Positions 34,710 to 44,712 of a stretch of 64,000 nucleotides of DNA are shown here, piece by piece. Made by a program: the position numbers and the translations under genes. Numbering within the stretch: position 1 is the first letter of the stretch; the number at the start of each line of letters is the position of its first letter. The notes under the pieces were generated by a model, which ran no database searches, was not told the DNA's origin, and saw nothing but the letters and a program-made list of their open reading frames with translations. The stretch is from Cyanidioschyzon merolae (Eukaryota), in assembly GCA_000091205.1 (NCBI GenBank), contig AP006495.2. One strand, 5' to 3'.

Positions 34710-37700
34710 TCACGAGGCTAGCGATTGCCAGGAAGCCGACGAAACAGGAGCCAGCAACGATGGTAGACGCATCAGCGCCTGGTCGACTTCAGCACCGTGA
34801 TCCCGTTCGGGTTTGTTCACGACGGTGCTCGCGAGGAAGAATTCGCAGCTGCGTCGGCGCAATGGATGTGGACCGCTCAACTGCAAAAGCGACGCATCGA
34901 GTTCTTCGGAAAGCCCCGGATTCTCGCTGATCTCCTGGCGAACGCGGTCGAATAACGCTCGACTGTAGACTCGGCGACCGGGCATCGGCCTGGATGACGG
35001 TAACGTGGTCTGTGTCGACGGCACTCGTTCGTCAGCAACAACAGACGCTGTTGTATGCACATCCGCTTCTGCACTCGACGACGACGACGACGACGACGAC
35101 GAGCTATCGGGCATGGCGCTGGTGGACGATTCCCCGGGCCCGGTGGACGTGTTCGTCGTGAGCGAAAAGATACTCTCGTCGTGTTCATAGTACTGGATGA
35201 GTTCGCGTGACGGATATCGCTGAAAGTGCTCGGAGAGCGCCAGCCCAGTTCGAATCGCAAACGCATACACGTGCATGAACAGATTCGGAAAGCGACTTGC
35301 AAAATATGTGTACAGATTGGAGTTGGTCGATGCTTTGGCACGAGTTGTCTCGAGCGTGGAGGTGTTCACGGCGTTGTCGCGGGAGCGCACTTCCATGGGG
35401 TCATCCTCCACCGGAATGGGGCCCAGGAGCGCCTTCACCGCATCCGGCTGTTGATGGTAGTGGGTGCGCTTGTTGCGAGCGAGACGCAGCAGATCAACAA
35501 TGCTCGAACCGTTATAACTCCTCCCGCGCAGGCTCAGCAGCACACTGGTATCCATACGAAGGCTCCAGTTGCCCAGCGGGCCCAGCACTGTCGACTCGCA
35601 GCCCCGTTCGATCTCTTGTCGAAGGTATCGGCTGTCTGGGTGCTCGAACAGCGCATCACTCACGTCAATGAGAAACTGGAGTTTCCGAGCGTCACTCCAG
35701 AAAAACGGATGACCAAGGAGCGCCTTTGCCGACGGACGCCGCTCTGGTTCATGCTGAATCGCAAGGCGAACGAGGTCAAAGGCCTCGGGCCAAGCACGAA
35801 GCGCGCTGAGGTCCGCTGCACCCGCCAGGATGTTCGCATCACGTTGAAAGACAAGCTCTCCGAACGGGTGACTCCCCATTGTTAGTACATAGTAGGTAAT
35901 ACAGCCGACACTGAAGATGTCAACTGCTCGAGTTAGCCGCGCAGGTCGTGCCGCATCCGCTCCACCGTTCTCCGAATGCGTCATTGACTCGCAGGCGGTT
36001 GCGTCGCCAGCTCGCTCCCGGGCATCATCGACAGCGCTTGTTTCGCTGTGCACACTATTGAGTCCCTCGAAAAGCGAGGCGCCCCGGAGAACCTCCGGGG
36101 GTCGCCACCCCACCGAGCCCACAGCAGTCGCACCAGCTGTGAAGGAGCCCCGACCCGCATCCAACCGTTTTGCAAGACCAACGTCTGCGATTTTCACGAT
36201 ATCATCAGACCCTATGGCCAGCAGCACATTCGCCGGCTTCAGGTCGCGATGTACAATGCCGTGATCATGTAATTCCGCAATACCTAGCAGGAGACCACGA
36301 AGCGCCCGGACGGTGGCAGGCGGCGGACCGAGCTGCAGCGGACCCGCCGCGCGTCTATCGACCTCTGTGGACAGCTCGTCCAGCAGTGGACAACGAGTCG
36401 CAGGAAGCTCGCCTCGTTCTACACGATCCTGCAAGGAACCTGCACAAAGCTCCAGCGCTACGTAGATAAAGTCGCCGCTCTCCTCCATGGCGTAGTATCG
36501 CAAGATGTGTTGACAGGATTCGTCGAGTTCAATCAGAACCTCAATTTCTCGCCGCGCAATTTGGTAGAAACTTTTCAAAAGTCGTTTGACTGCAACCCTG
36601 CGGTATCCAGGTAGAAGGAGTCCCTCGTAGACACTAGTTCCATGGCTCCCGTATCCGATGACGTTCGGCGAAATGAGAAGCCGTCCCACTTTCTGGTAGC
36701 CGGTCGGCAACGGTGCCTCACTGCCTGTTGCAGAGTCCGTTACAGAGCGCGGGCGTTCGACTCGCTGAATTGGAACCGGCTTCGGTACCAGCGAAGAGCG
36801 CTCAAAGCCTCGTGACCTGTCGTTCTCCTGGGCGCGGGCAGCTCGCGGCTGCGTTGCGCCAGTCATCATCATCACCCGCTTCGTCTCCCGACGCCGCAAC
36901 ACTGGTGGCGGACTCGGTGTCCTTTGACGCTCGCTCGAGTGACGCTGCTCACGCTCGGTCCGTCGCATGCGCCATATGGTCCAGAGTGCGAGCGCTAGAG
37001 CTAGCGGCCCAATGCCTGCAAAAAATATCGCGACCACAAGAAGCACGCCTCCGTGGACGGGCGCGTGGTCATACACCGATGTGCCAAACGAGCTGTAAGC
37101 GTTCTGTGGCATCCCGCGCGGCTTTCGATACAACTCAGCAGACGGCGGCAGGCACATTTGCTGCCATTCATCCCGGTATCGCAAAGTCGTAGGCGGGTCC
37201 GGTGATTGCAGCGGCACGGGGCGAGACCATTGCCAAAAGTGCCGGGTAGCGCGAACGGCGTCGCTGGTGCCTCCATCAGGCAGTGCTACCGGTGAGCTTG
37301 CCGCAGTGTCTGTGATAAGAACGATATCGCCGATAGCGCGGAGCGATAAGATCGGGTATGGAAACTCTGCAGACCACATCGTGGTGCCTCTGTCGGCGTC
37401 GCGTACGACGACAAAGCGTCCATTATCTGCCAGTATCGCAACATAGCGAGCCTTATTCTGGACAGGTCGCGCAGCTCGGGGCACTTGCGGGTCTTCGGGA
37501 TCGAGCGGAGACTCTTCGAGGGTATCACTGCTCACCATGTGGCGCGCGGGACAGCGTGATTCCCCCGCCAAAACTCTTCGTCCGAAAAGAAAGGGTGCTA
37601 AAAACTCGCCCGCATAATGCGCGGGTTCGTCCAATAGATACATTTCATAGTCAGCGTAGGTCACGTTCCAGCTTGCTTCTCCTGTTAGTGGATCCACAAA

Positions 37701-38504
37701 CCGCATGCCCGAGTCCGTCCGCGTAATCACGAGCACTGGTTCCGCATTCTCTTTTTCAAGGGGCTGCTCCGAGTGCCTCTGATCCGGGCGCGAGCCGATC
37801 CCAGTTGCACCGCCTCCAGCTGAGGTCGCATCATCCCATTTACAGCGCCTGCTTGCCTCGTCATCCTCGAAGGATATGCGACGGAGAAGCTCGCCATCCC
37901 GGAGCCGCACTGTAAACGCCCGAGTCTCGCGCCGTTGTATTGGAATGCCGTACGGCACCGCAGGTGCAGGCGCTGGCTGCGATGGAAGCGGTTTGCTTAC
38001 CTCCGCAACACGAGCGTCGCCATGATACGGCTCTGGGGACGGCACCGACTGGTCTCGATTAAGAGTGTTAGCCGGCGGTCCGTCTGTGCCCTTCCCGGAA
38101 CGCTGGCGTTGCTGCGTCGACGCCGCTGCCTCCCTCCGCGCAAGACCCGACGTCGGGCTATGCCCTAGCTGGTCGTCGCTCTTGGCGCGTGTATTATACC
38201 CGCCATCCAAAGCCACAGGGTCCGTGTTAATATGCCACAAGGTTTGTCCCGACGGGACGTCCAGCGCGCGCACGGTACCGTCTAACAGGGCGGCGATGAG
38301 CATCGTTGGCCGACCAGCCCGCGAGCCAGTTGCACCTTGGGGAAAGAGCTGGTCGCCTGAGCTCAACTCAGAGTTCTTTCGTGTGGAGCGGTGCTGGCGA
38401 AAGGCGTCCGCTCCCAGCGTGAACAGAACACACTGCAGTACGATGGGTGTCAAGAGCAGCAGGGCGAGAAACGGGCGAAACCGCCCTCTCCGCGCACTGC
38501 CCAT
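34710..38504 (-). CDS. IRE1: IRE1-type serine/threonine kinase/endoribonuclease. It has a signal peptide, a luminal domain, a TM segment, a kinase domain and a KEN RNase domain, followed by a Ser-rich C-terminal extension of about 200 aa.
   Basis: Signal peptide MGSARRGRFRPFLALLLLTPIVLQ begins at the ATG at 38504. TM segment LLVVAIFFAGIGPLALALALWTIW. Kinase motifs HRDLKPANVLL and ADVGLAKRL. IRE1-specific HPFFWSDARKLQFLIDVSD and the KEN C-terminus LRLARNKRTHYHQQPDAVKALLGPIPVEDDP...YFASRFPNLFMHVYAF. The track ORF begins 207 nt upstream at 38711. Confidence 0.9.
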   Translation of the reverse strand: MGSARRGRFRPFLALLLLTPIVLQCVLFTLGADAFRQHRSTRKNSELSSGDQLFPQGATGSRAGRPTMLIAALLDGTVRALDVPSGQTLWHINTDPVALDGGYNTRAKSDDQLGHSPTSGLARREAAASTQQRQRSGKGTDGPPANTLNRDQSVPSPEPYHGDARVAEVSKPLPSQPAPAPAVPYGIPIQRRETRAFTVRLRDGELLRRISFEDDEASRRCKWDDATSAGGGATGIGSRPDQRHSEQPLEKENAEPVLVITRTDSGMRFVDPLTGEASWNVTYADYEMYLLDEPAHYAGEFLAPFLFGRRVLAGESRCPARHMVSSDTLEESPLDPEDPQVPRAARPVQNKARYVAILADNGRFVVVRDADRGTTMWSAEFPYPILSLRAIGDIVLITDTAASSPVALPDGGTSDAVRATRHFWQWSRPVPLQSPDPPTTLRYRDEWQQMCLPPSAELYRKPRGMPQNAYSSFGTSVYDHAPVHGGVLLVVAIFFAGIGPLALALALWTIWRMRRTEREQRHSSERQRTPSPPPVLRRRETKRVMMMTGATQPRAARAQENDRSRGFERSSLVPKPVPIQRVERPRSVTDSATGSEAPLPTGYQKVGRLLISPNVIGYGSHGTSVYEGLLLPGYRRVAVKRLLKSFYQIARREIEVLIELDESCQHILRYYAMEESGDFIYVALELCAGSLQDRVERGELPATRCPLLDELSTEVDRRAAGPLQLGPPPATVRALRGLLLGIAELHDHGIVHRDLKPANVLLAIGSDDIVKIADVGLAKRLDAGRGSFTAGATAVGSVGWRPPEVLRGASLFEGLNSVHSETSAVDDARERAGDATACESMTHSENGGADAARPARLTRAVDIFSVGCITYYVLTMGSHPFGELVFQRDANILAGAADLSALRAWPEAFDLVRLAIQHEPERRPSAKALLGHPFFWSDARKLQFLIDVSDALFEHPDSRYLRQEIERGCESTVLGPLGNWSLRMDTSVLLSLRGRSYNGSSIVDLLRLARNKRTHYHQQPDAVKALLGPIPVEDDPMEVRSRDNAVNTSTLETTRAKASTNSNLYTYFASRFPNLFMHVYAFAIRTGLALSEHFQRYPSRELIQYYEHDESIFSLTTNTSTGPGESSTSAMPDSSSSSSSSSSSAEADVHTTASVVADERVPSTQTTLPSSRPMPGRRVYSRALFDRVRQEISENPGLSEELDASLLQLSGPHPLRRRSCEFFLASTVVNKPERDHGAEVDQALMRLPSLLAPVSSASWQSLAS

Positions 38505-40071
38505 AGCAGTCTCACTGTTCGGTTCGTTACAGACAATCCTTCTGTTAGGGATTAAGAAACGCTCCCCAAAATCACCCACGTTGAGAAAGAAAAAAGAAAA
38601 CTTGCCTCCAGAGGCTATGCAACGATAGCTTCTAGAGACGTTTCGAATGGTGGCATGGCCTCCGAACCGTTGTACCCCGTGGCAAGATCGAGTCTGTACA
38701 TAATTATCCAAAAGTTGAAGGCGCTCGATACGCCGGACAGCGCTGCGCGGCGCTGCTACCGGGACACGTTGCGGCTATCGCGCGATCGCGTATCGCGTGA
38801 CTGTCGATTGAATCCTTTTTGTCCAGATATATTCCTTATTTGGACAGAGCGATATGGACGCAGGTTGTTTTTTGATGGCAAAACGCTGATATGGACCATG
38901 GATGCCAGTCTGGGGGATAGATATTGCAACAAATGAAAGCGCTCAGCAATGTTCACTCTCGTTCCGAGTTCCACGACGCACATTTTCGCACGGCTATACT
39001 GGTCGCTTTGCACGTTCCCTGGTGCGCCGCATACTGGCAGTGAGCACCCGCAATAGAGCCTATGCTGCTCGTGCGGATACTGAACGGAGACAGAGCGGCT
39101 TTGCTATATCAGTGGGGGTGTCGGCTCGATGCGTGGTGCATTCGACACGGAACCAGGGTACATTATCATTCTGGGGCCTGCCAGCTGCGAATGCAGACCC
39201 ACTGCCTGTGGCAGCGCGAATTGATTCGCAGGGAGTCCTCTGCGACCAGCACGACGCCCAGAAGGAGCTTATCCGCTCCGAGTCCCAGAGTAACCCGCGT
39301 TTCGGACGAGTTGCGTAGACCTCACTACAGCACTAGGGACTGGGGGAAGCGTGAAGCACGAGCCCGGGAGACTCTTGCGGCTCGCGGGACCCTCTGCTTC
39401 TACGGTAAACTTTCGACCATACGGAAAGCTTTTTGCCCCTTTTGACGTTTATCGTAGAGAGGCAAAGACATCTTTATATCGTTGCTAGGTAGTAGTGAGT
39501 TTCAGTTCTACGTTCGATATAGTGCGGTCGGTTAGCGCTCCTCCGTATTCAGCATGCATGGGACACGACTCGCATGTCGTCGTTGAAGGGAAACACGATC
39601 CTAACTATTCGTTGACTTGCTATTCTACAGTACAAGATCTATTTGCGTGAAAGTCGTAGCAAAGTATAGCTTTCAATTCAATCGCGTGTCAAGCCTCAAC
39701 TAAGTGTATTCAAGTGATTTTTTGCGGTTTATAGCAGAAGCGTTCAACGTGCGTTGTTTATCCAAAATTAAAAAATGGGAATAGTATAGAGAAGGAGGTG
39801 GAGGATCCTGCAGGCCGAGTGTCGCCGGCTGCCAGAAAAAAACGGAAAATAATGCCGAGTCCAGAAGAAAAGGAGGAGAATAAGAAGCAAGGGAGGGAGC
39901 CCCCGTAGTCAATGGCTGCACGAAAGACGACACTGCGACGACATGGTAGTCGAAGCCTGTCTTCCCAAACATATCAAGGATCCCTACAAGCAAAAGATGC
40001 GAGAGGCCATCAGAAGCCGTATCCATTCGTACTCCAGGTAGGTTCATAAGGTTTCTGGAGGACTGAATCAT

Positions 40072-41914
40072 ATGTTGAGGGAGATATACGATGACGTTAC
40101 GGACACCAAACCGGTCGAGGTTCCGGAAGAATTTTTCGACAAGACCTTTATTCGTCACCTGATGGTTAGAACAGGAGAAACGTCGGGGGGAAATGATGGA
40201 GTGCATGCACTCCACGAAAACTACGCAGAATACCACTCCAATGGTACTCGATACAGCGTTCACCCGTGTATTTACGAATACGGGGCGAAGAAGTACCTCA
40301 CGAACCTGAAGAACCATATGACGATGAACCTCGAACGTTTCATGATACGCACCGTGTTTGCACTTTATCCGGGCCTGTCTTGCAATAGGATATGGGGCAT
40401 CATCGAAATCATCTCGAACGATCGTCAACATGAAGATGAGATCGAATTCGTCGACAAGAAGACATCACGCAGGAGAAAGAATGAGGATTCTGTAATCCGT
40501 ACGGTTATGCAAGAGCACCGTGCGGTACTGGGCTGGCGAATCCAACAGACAAGATATCAGAGTTGAAAAAAGATAAGGAAAGATACTATCGCCTCGTCCC
40601 GCGCCATGTTGTGTTTCTGGACCGAGAACTCGAACGCAAGGCAGAGGTGAAGCTGGGTGAGGAAAACAATGAAGAGTGGGAGAAACGGAATGCAGTCCTA
40701 ATGGCGAAGCGCTTCAACGTGGTTCCAATGTGCAAGATCAAGTCACATTTTATGACTATCGACTTCGGCGTCCTTTACGGCATAATGAAGGAGATCAGTC
40801 CGGAGTTCAATGTTAGTAGGGAGGAACTCTCCGGTGAAAACCGGGATACGTACAGTAAGAAGAATATCTTCTATTTCAAACGTCTCAAAGTGAGCAAACA
40901 AAAGGTATTTGCTGGGTTGATCGAAATCGATGGAGTAGTCATGTGTGTACACTATCGGCGGTTGACGAAAGATCGTCCAGTCCCGCCCTCTGCTGCGCCC
41001 TCGACGAAGCATGAAGAAAACGAACAAGCGGATCCTGCGACCGAGAAAGTGCGAGGTACCGACTTTGACGTTGGCACGGACCCCGGCAACGCAAATATCA
41101 TAAGCATCGCAGAACCCAAGCGTGCCGTGCGGAAGATGGTATTGACGGTAAATTACGTCGGAAAGGCATGCGTCTTTTGACATCCTCGAGAGCAAGATAC
41201 TATCGAGAATCGGGAATCATGAATGCGAAGAACAAATTCGACAAATAGAATTCAGGAATGAAAGAACACCTGGAAGCTTTGAGCGAGGTGACAAGCCGAG
41301 GAGCGGACTTTGAAGCTTTTCTGAAATTCGTGGAAGTTCGCGTTGCTCATTGGGATGCGCTATGGAAAGAGTACACCAAGCCCAGTTGGGCTCGTCTGCG
41401 TATGAATCTATACGGTGGGAGGCAGCGGGCGATCGCGAACTTTTTCAATCAGTTGAGCGCCTTGAAGGAGAATGAAAGTCAGAAGCTTGTTGTAGCATAC
41501 GGAGCAGGGCGCTGGAAGACCCAAAAGGGGTGTATGCCAGCTCCGACGACGAGGGTGAACAAGGAGTGCGCAAGGCGTTTCATTACGATACCCGTAGATG
41601 AGTTCCGAACATCGTATACACACCATGAACTGGGGTGTACATTTCAAAGAGTGGAGCTGGAAAAGTGTCAATGGAGCCCTGAGGAAATCGCAAAGTACGG
41701 ACTGCTGACGGAGGAGCAAAGGGAAAGGAGGGCAAAAGTTCAAGGGCTACTCGCACTGGTGAGTACAACCAGTGACGGCAAGAAACGTATGGAGTTTGTG
41801 AACCGAGATTTTAACGCCGCTCTCCATATACGGAGATGTGCGGTGCTGGAGGAAAACCCCCAGAGTAGACAAGAGGGAATTTTGATGGAGAACCTCTCAA
41901 GTCGAACTATATGA
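40072..41914 (+). pseudogene. TnpB/Fanzor-like (OMEGA-family RuvC) nuclease gene of about 614 codons, broken into three frames in this copy.
   Basis: RuvC-I-like motif [30 protein letters not shown] segment where TnpB has the RuvC-II Glu, consistent with a Fanzor1-type rearranged site. Zinc-finger-region motif VDEFRTSYTHHELGC...KC. C-terminal RuvC-III motif FVNRDFNAALHI (RDxNAAxNI). ORFs 40072-40566, 40563-41180 and 41258-41914 are in frames 1, 0 and 2. A 1-nt deletion relative to B near 40530 causes the first shift. Confidence 0.7.
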
Positions 41915-42080
41915 GAAAAAATTGGAAGCAGTAGTAGGTGGCCGGTCCAAAAAAACTGGGAGGCGTCTGCACGTCAGTTGGAGACGTTTTGTCTAGGGCG
42001 CGTTCACCGCCACTACTGTACACCGTTGGCGTCGTTCGAGTGCGAAAGGCGTTTGCAGTTGGCTTCGTCACGCATCCATA
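41915..42080 (+). ncRNA. Candidate omega-RNA / right-end scaffold region of copy A (hypothesis).
   Basis: Non-coding tail immediately after the stop, conserved in A, B and C. Shared strings include GTCTAGGGCGCG, CGCCACTACTG and GGCGTCGTTCGA. The inverted segments CAGTAGTAGGTGGCCGG / CCGCCACTACTG and CGTCT..AGACG could form stems. The position matches where TnpB and Fanzor guide RNAs are encoded. Confidence 0.3.
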
Positions 42081-42635
42081 CATATTTGCATGTACAGTAT
42101 ACGTACGCGAGCAAGGAGACAGAAATGAGCGCTGCTGTGTACTTGTATACATCCGATAACGCTTTAACGCATGCATGTATTTGCATGTAGAAGTATATGC
42201 AGGCAGGCAATGATGTAGATATGCATCCATGCTTTCAAGCATGGGCTTACATGCGATTCTTGTATATACCGCAGATCCCAGGCGAAGCGATGCCTTTCCG
42301 TGAGGTTCTCTAAGACGTCAAGCCGCGCGATCCCCGTGCATCACAGCTGTTCCTACGTGGCATGAGAATACCGTCGAATAGGGGTCTATTTTCGTTCTTC
42401 TTTCGTATCATGTGCGAATGAATAATACCTCGTCTTTCTGTGATGCTTTTGAGAAAAGAACGTGCAGCAATACTGAAACAGAAGGCACGCGCATGCCGCA
42501 CGCCAAACCGTCAACTTTTCTCAGTACCCTGGTTTCCCGATATGACTTTATGATTCGATTCACAGAGATGGAGCTCTGTGTCGAGCGTCAGCGCCAACGT
42601 TGGGCAACCGGATCACACTCGAGAATTATCACTGC

Positions 42636-44408
42636 TCACGTGATCTCGTATGCTCCCACAGGAGATAGCGTTGCCGGCGTCGCTTCTGAGGACGAACGTG
42701 TTCGGCTGGATTCCCAGCCCAGAGGTTCCACAGTTACCGGGTTGTAGAGACTCTCCGGTTTCTGCCGCGTACCTAGACGCCATCCAAGCCAAAAAATTGC
42801 CACGCATCCGAGAAAAACTAGCACGCCGCTGAGTACACCTAGGATGAACACTACACCCCATTTGCGCCGAGCGGTATCCCTGGCTATATAGTCGGGTGTG
42901 TTCGTCACCGTAAGCCAGTCGTTCTTAGACGGCCGACAAGCTTCCGCACGGATCTCGCTCGAACGTGCAGACGAGGATCGTTTTGAGACAAGCTCCATGA
43001 ATCGTCTTAGTGTACATATCGGTTCACAGCCCGGGAGCTCGAATACCTCCCAATTATACCGCACGACGACGTACCACTTGTCCAGCGCCTCCCGAGGCAT
43101 GAAATCATCGGAGCGTTGCTGCATTTGGGGCAGTTGTTGCTCTCGTTGTCGTTGTGCATTTGGTGCGGTACGTATATCGGATGTGCTTATGGCTGCGCTT
43201 CCCGCTTTAAGAATGCCATTCGGAGGCTGCTTGTGAAGCTCACGAAGCTCCACGATAATCGTGGAACCGAACGGCGGTGCTCGTTCAGGATGCATACCGA
43301 GCACTGCCAGCAGGGCTGCCAATGTCGTGTCGTGCCCAGAGAAGAGCACGAACTTCTCCGTTCGAAGGCCAGCGATTTTCGTCCGCAGCAAGTTCAGTAT
43401 ATGGAGTGCCAAGGGACCACCCGTCAGATTCGCGGCTTCCGCGCTCCGGTAAAGGTCCGCAAAGCAGAATCCATAGAGGGTTCGAACTCGTTCGCGGACC
43501 GAGTGATTCACCTCGGGAGGCAGCTCGATACCCTGCGCTGCATCGCATTCCCATACATCATAGGCAGTCGCAACATCGTCCAGCGTGGCTGGTCGACCTA
43601 GCCCCATAATATTTCTGCCGAGGTATTCCAGCCACAGCTGATTCGCGGCCTCAAGCTCCCTCCAGGCCCCTGATAGACGCGTTTGCATCTTGAGTTCCTG
43701 CCAGCGAGCGCACCCTACACCAGGCAGCATCATAATATCTTGAGACGTCTCTATGGTGTGCACAGGTACTGGCTGGTACTGCACCCTTGTATCTGATGTG
43801 TTGGTATAAAAGAGCCCCAGGAGTTGATTCGTAGCCGAAACCAGGGCCCGATCGATATCACTACTGCGCACATGCACGTCCACCACGTTGTAGCGCACCG
43901 GCAAGAAACCGTCATAAACATAGCGGAGTATCCTACCTAGTTCAAACTGCTGATGGATACCGATCGGGGTGAGCTGGCCGATCCCCTCGGGCCACTTGTG
44001 GTATGGCAACGGGTCACGTGGGTATGTCCCGAGCGGAACGCGGGCGCCGTGTCGACAAACCTCAATAATCATGATCAAAGAGGTGTTCTGGTTAGCCGCC
44101 AGCACCTCCTCGCGTACCCTGTGTGCCCAGAGCGGGGGCCAGGACTCCACACGCCGCGATGCGAGTCGTTCCAGGGGGTCGGCTCCGACAAGTCGTCCAC
44201 TCGATCGACTGCGTGTACTGTTGGCGGTGAGCACTGCTTCCAAGCTGCTCCGAACGTCCAAGTCACTCAGGGCTCGCTGTCTGCCTTTCGGGTTACTGCT
44301 ATTTGGAGACTCGTCTCCAGTGGGTAACCTCACGAGGGGCCCCGTCCTTCCGAACTCGCCAACGAGCAGCACCAACAGTACACCGAGAGCCAGTAGTCTG
44401 AGCGTCAT
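42636..44408 (-). CDS. Membrane-anchored histidine acid phosphatase (branch 2 histidine phosphatase).
   Basis: Signal peptide MTLRLLALGVLLVLLVG. RHGARVP signature (CRHGARVPLG). Catalytic FSGHDTTLAALLAVLG. C-terminal TM segment VVFILGVLSGVLVFLGCVAIFWLGW followed by a short cytoplasmic tail. Confidence 0.85.
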   Translation of the reverse strand: MTLRLLALGVLLVLLVGEFGRTGPLVRLPTGDESPNSSNPKGRQRALSDLDVRSSLEAVLTANSTRSRSSGRLVGADPLERLASRRVESWPPLWAHRVREEVLAANQNTSLIMIIEVCRHGARVPLGTYPRDPLPYHKWPEGIGQLTPIGIHQQFELGRILRYVYDGFLPVRYNVVDVHVRSSDIDRALVSATNQLLGLFYTNTSDTRVQYQPVPVHTIETSQDIMMLPGVGCARWQELKMQTRLSGAWRELEAANQLWLEYLGRNIMGLGRPATLDDVATAYDVWECDAAQGIELPPEVNHSVRERVRTLYGFCFADLYRSAEAANLTGGPLALHILNLLRTKIAGLRTEKFVLFSGHDTTLAALLAVLGMHPERAPPFGSTIIVELRELHKQPPNGILKAGSAAISTSDIRTAPNAQRQREQQLPQMQQRSDDFMPREALDKWYVVVRYNWEVFELPGCEPICTLRRFMELVSKRSSSARSSEIRAEACRPSKNDWLTVTNTPDYIARDTARRKWGVVFILGVLSGVLVFLGCVAIFWLGWRLGTRQKPESLYNPVTVEPLGWESSRTRSSSEATPATLSPVGAYEIT

Positions 44409-44712
44409 CGGACCGTGCTAGCGAAAGCAGAGCGTCCTAGAGACGACTCCACAGCGCTTCACCGTGTACTGAGTGTCGAGCCTACAGGCCACTTGAACTG
44501 TAGTGTTCACGTGGCTTCTCCGTTTTGCCGCATCGTCCGGCACCGCCCCGGAATAGGCATTGCTGCAAACGGTACGTCGTTTCACGAGCACTTGGGCGTT
44601 CGTTGGATATCGTCGGAGCTTGCCAGCGTGTTCAGGCGCATCTAGTTCCAGCCAAGCGCTGGGTGAGCGTAAGGTACGCCCTGCGCTTTACCCGCTCGCC
44701 GTACGCTGTTCC

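Larger units (their letters stand above)
38750..42100 (+). mobile_element. Copy A of a roughly 3.3 kb dispersed repeat encoding a TnpB/Fanzor-like nuclease. Layout is a 1.3 kb leader, a 1.85 kb ORF and a conserved tail.
   Basis: Nucleotide homology over the whole length with B (reverse strand), with copy D for the leader, and with C for the tail. Boundaries are approximate because homology decays gradually at both ends. Confidence 0.6.

Noticed and set aside
40551-40580. An A_AAA_AAG-like slippery run (GTTGAAAAAAGATAAG) at the junction of ORF1 and ORF2 in copy A, which could suggest programmed -1 frameshifting.
   Set aside because: Copy B reads straight through the homologous region in one frame (HRAVLGLANPIDKISELKKDK). 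The frame change in A is due to a 1-nt deletion upstream at about 40530. The A-run is also present in B, without any frameshift requirement.
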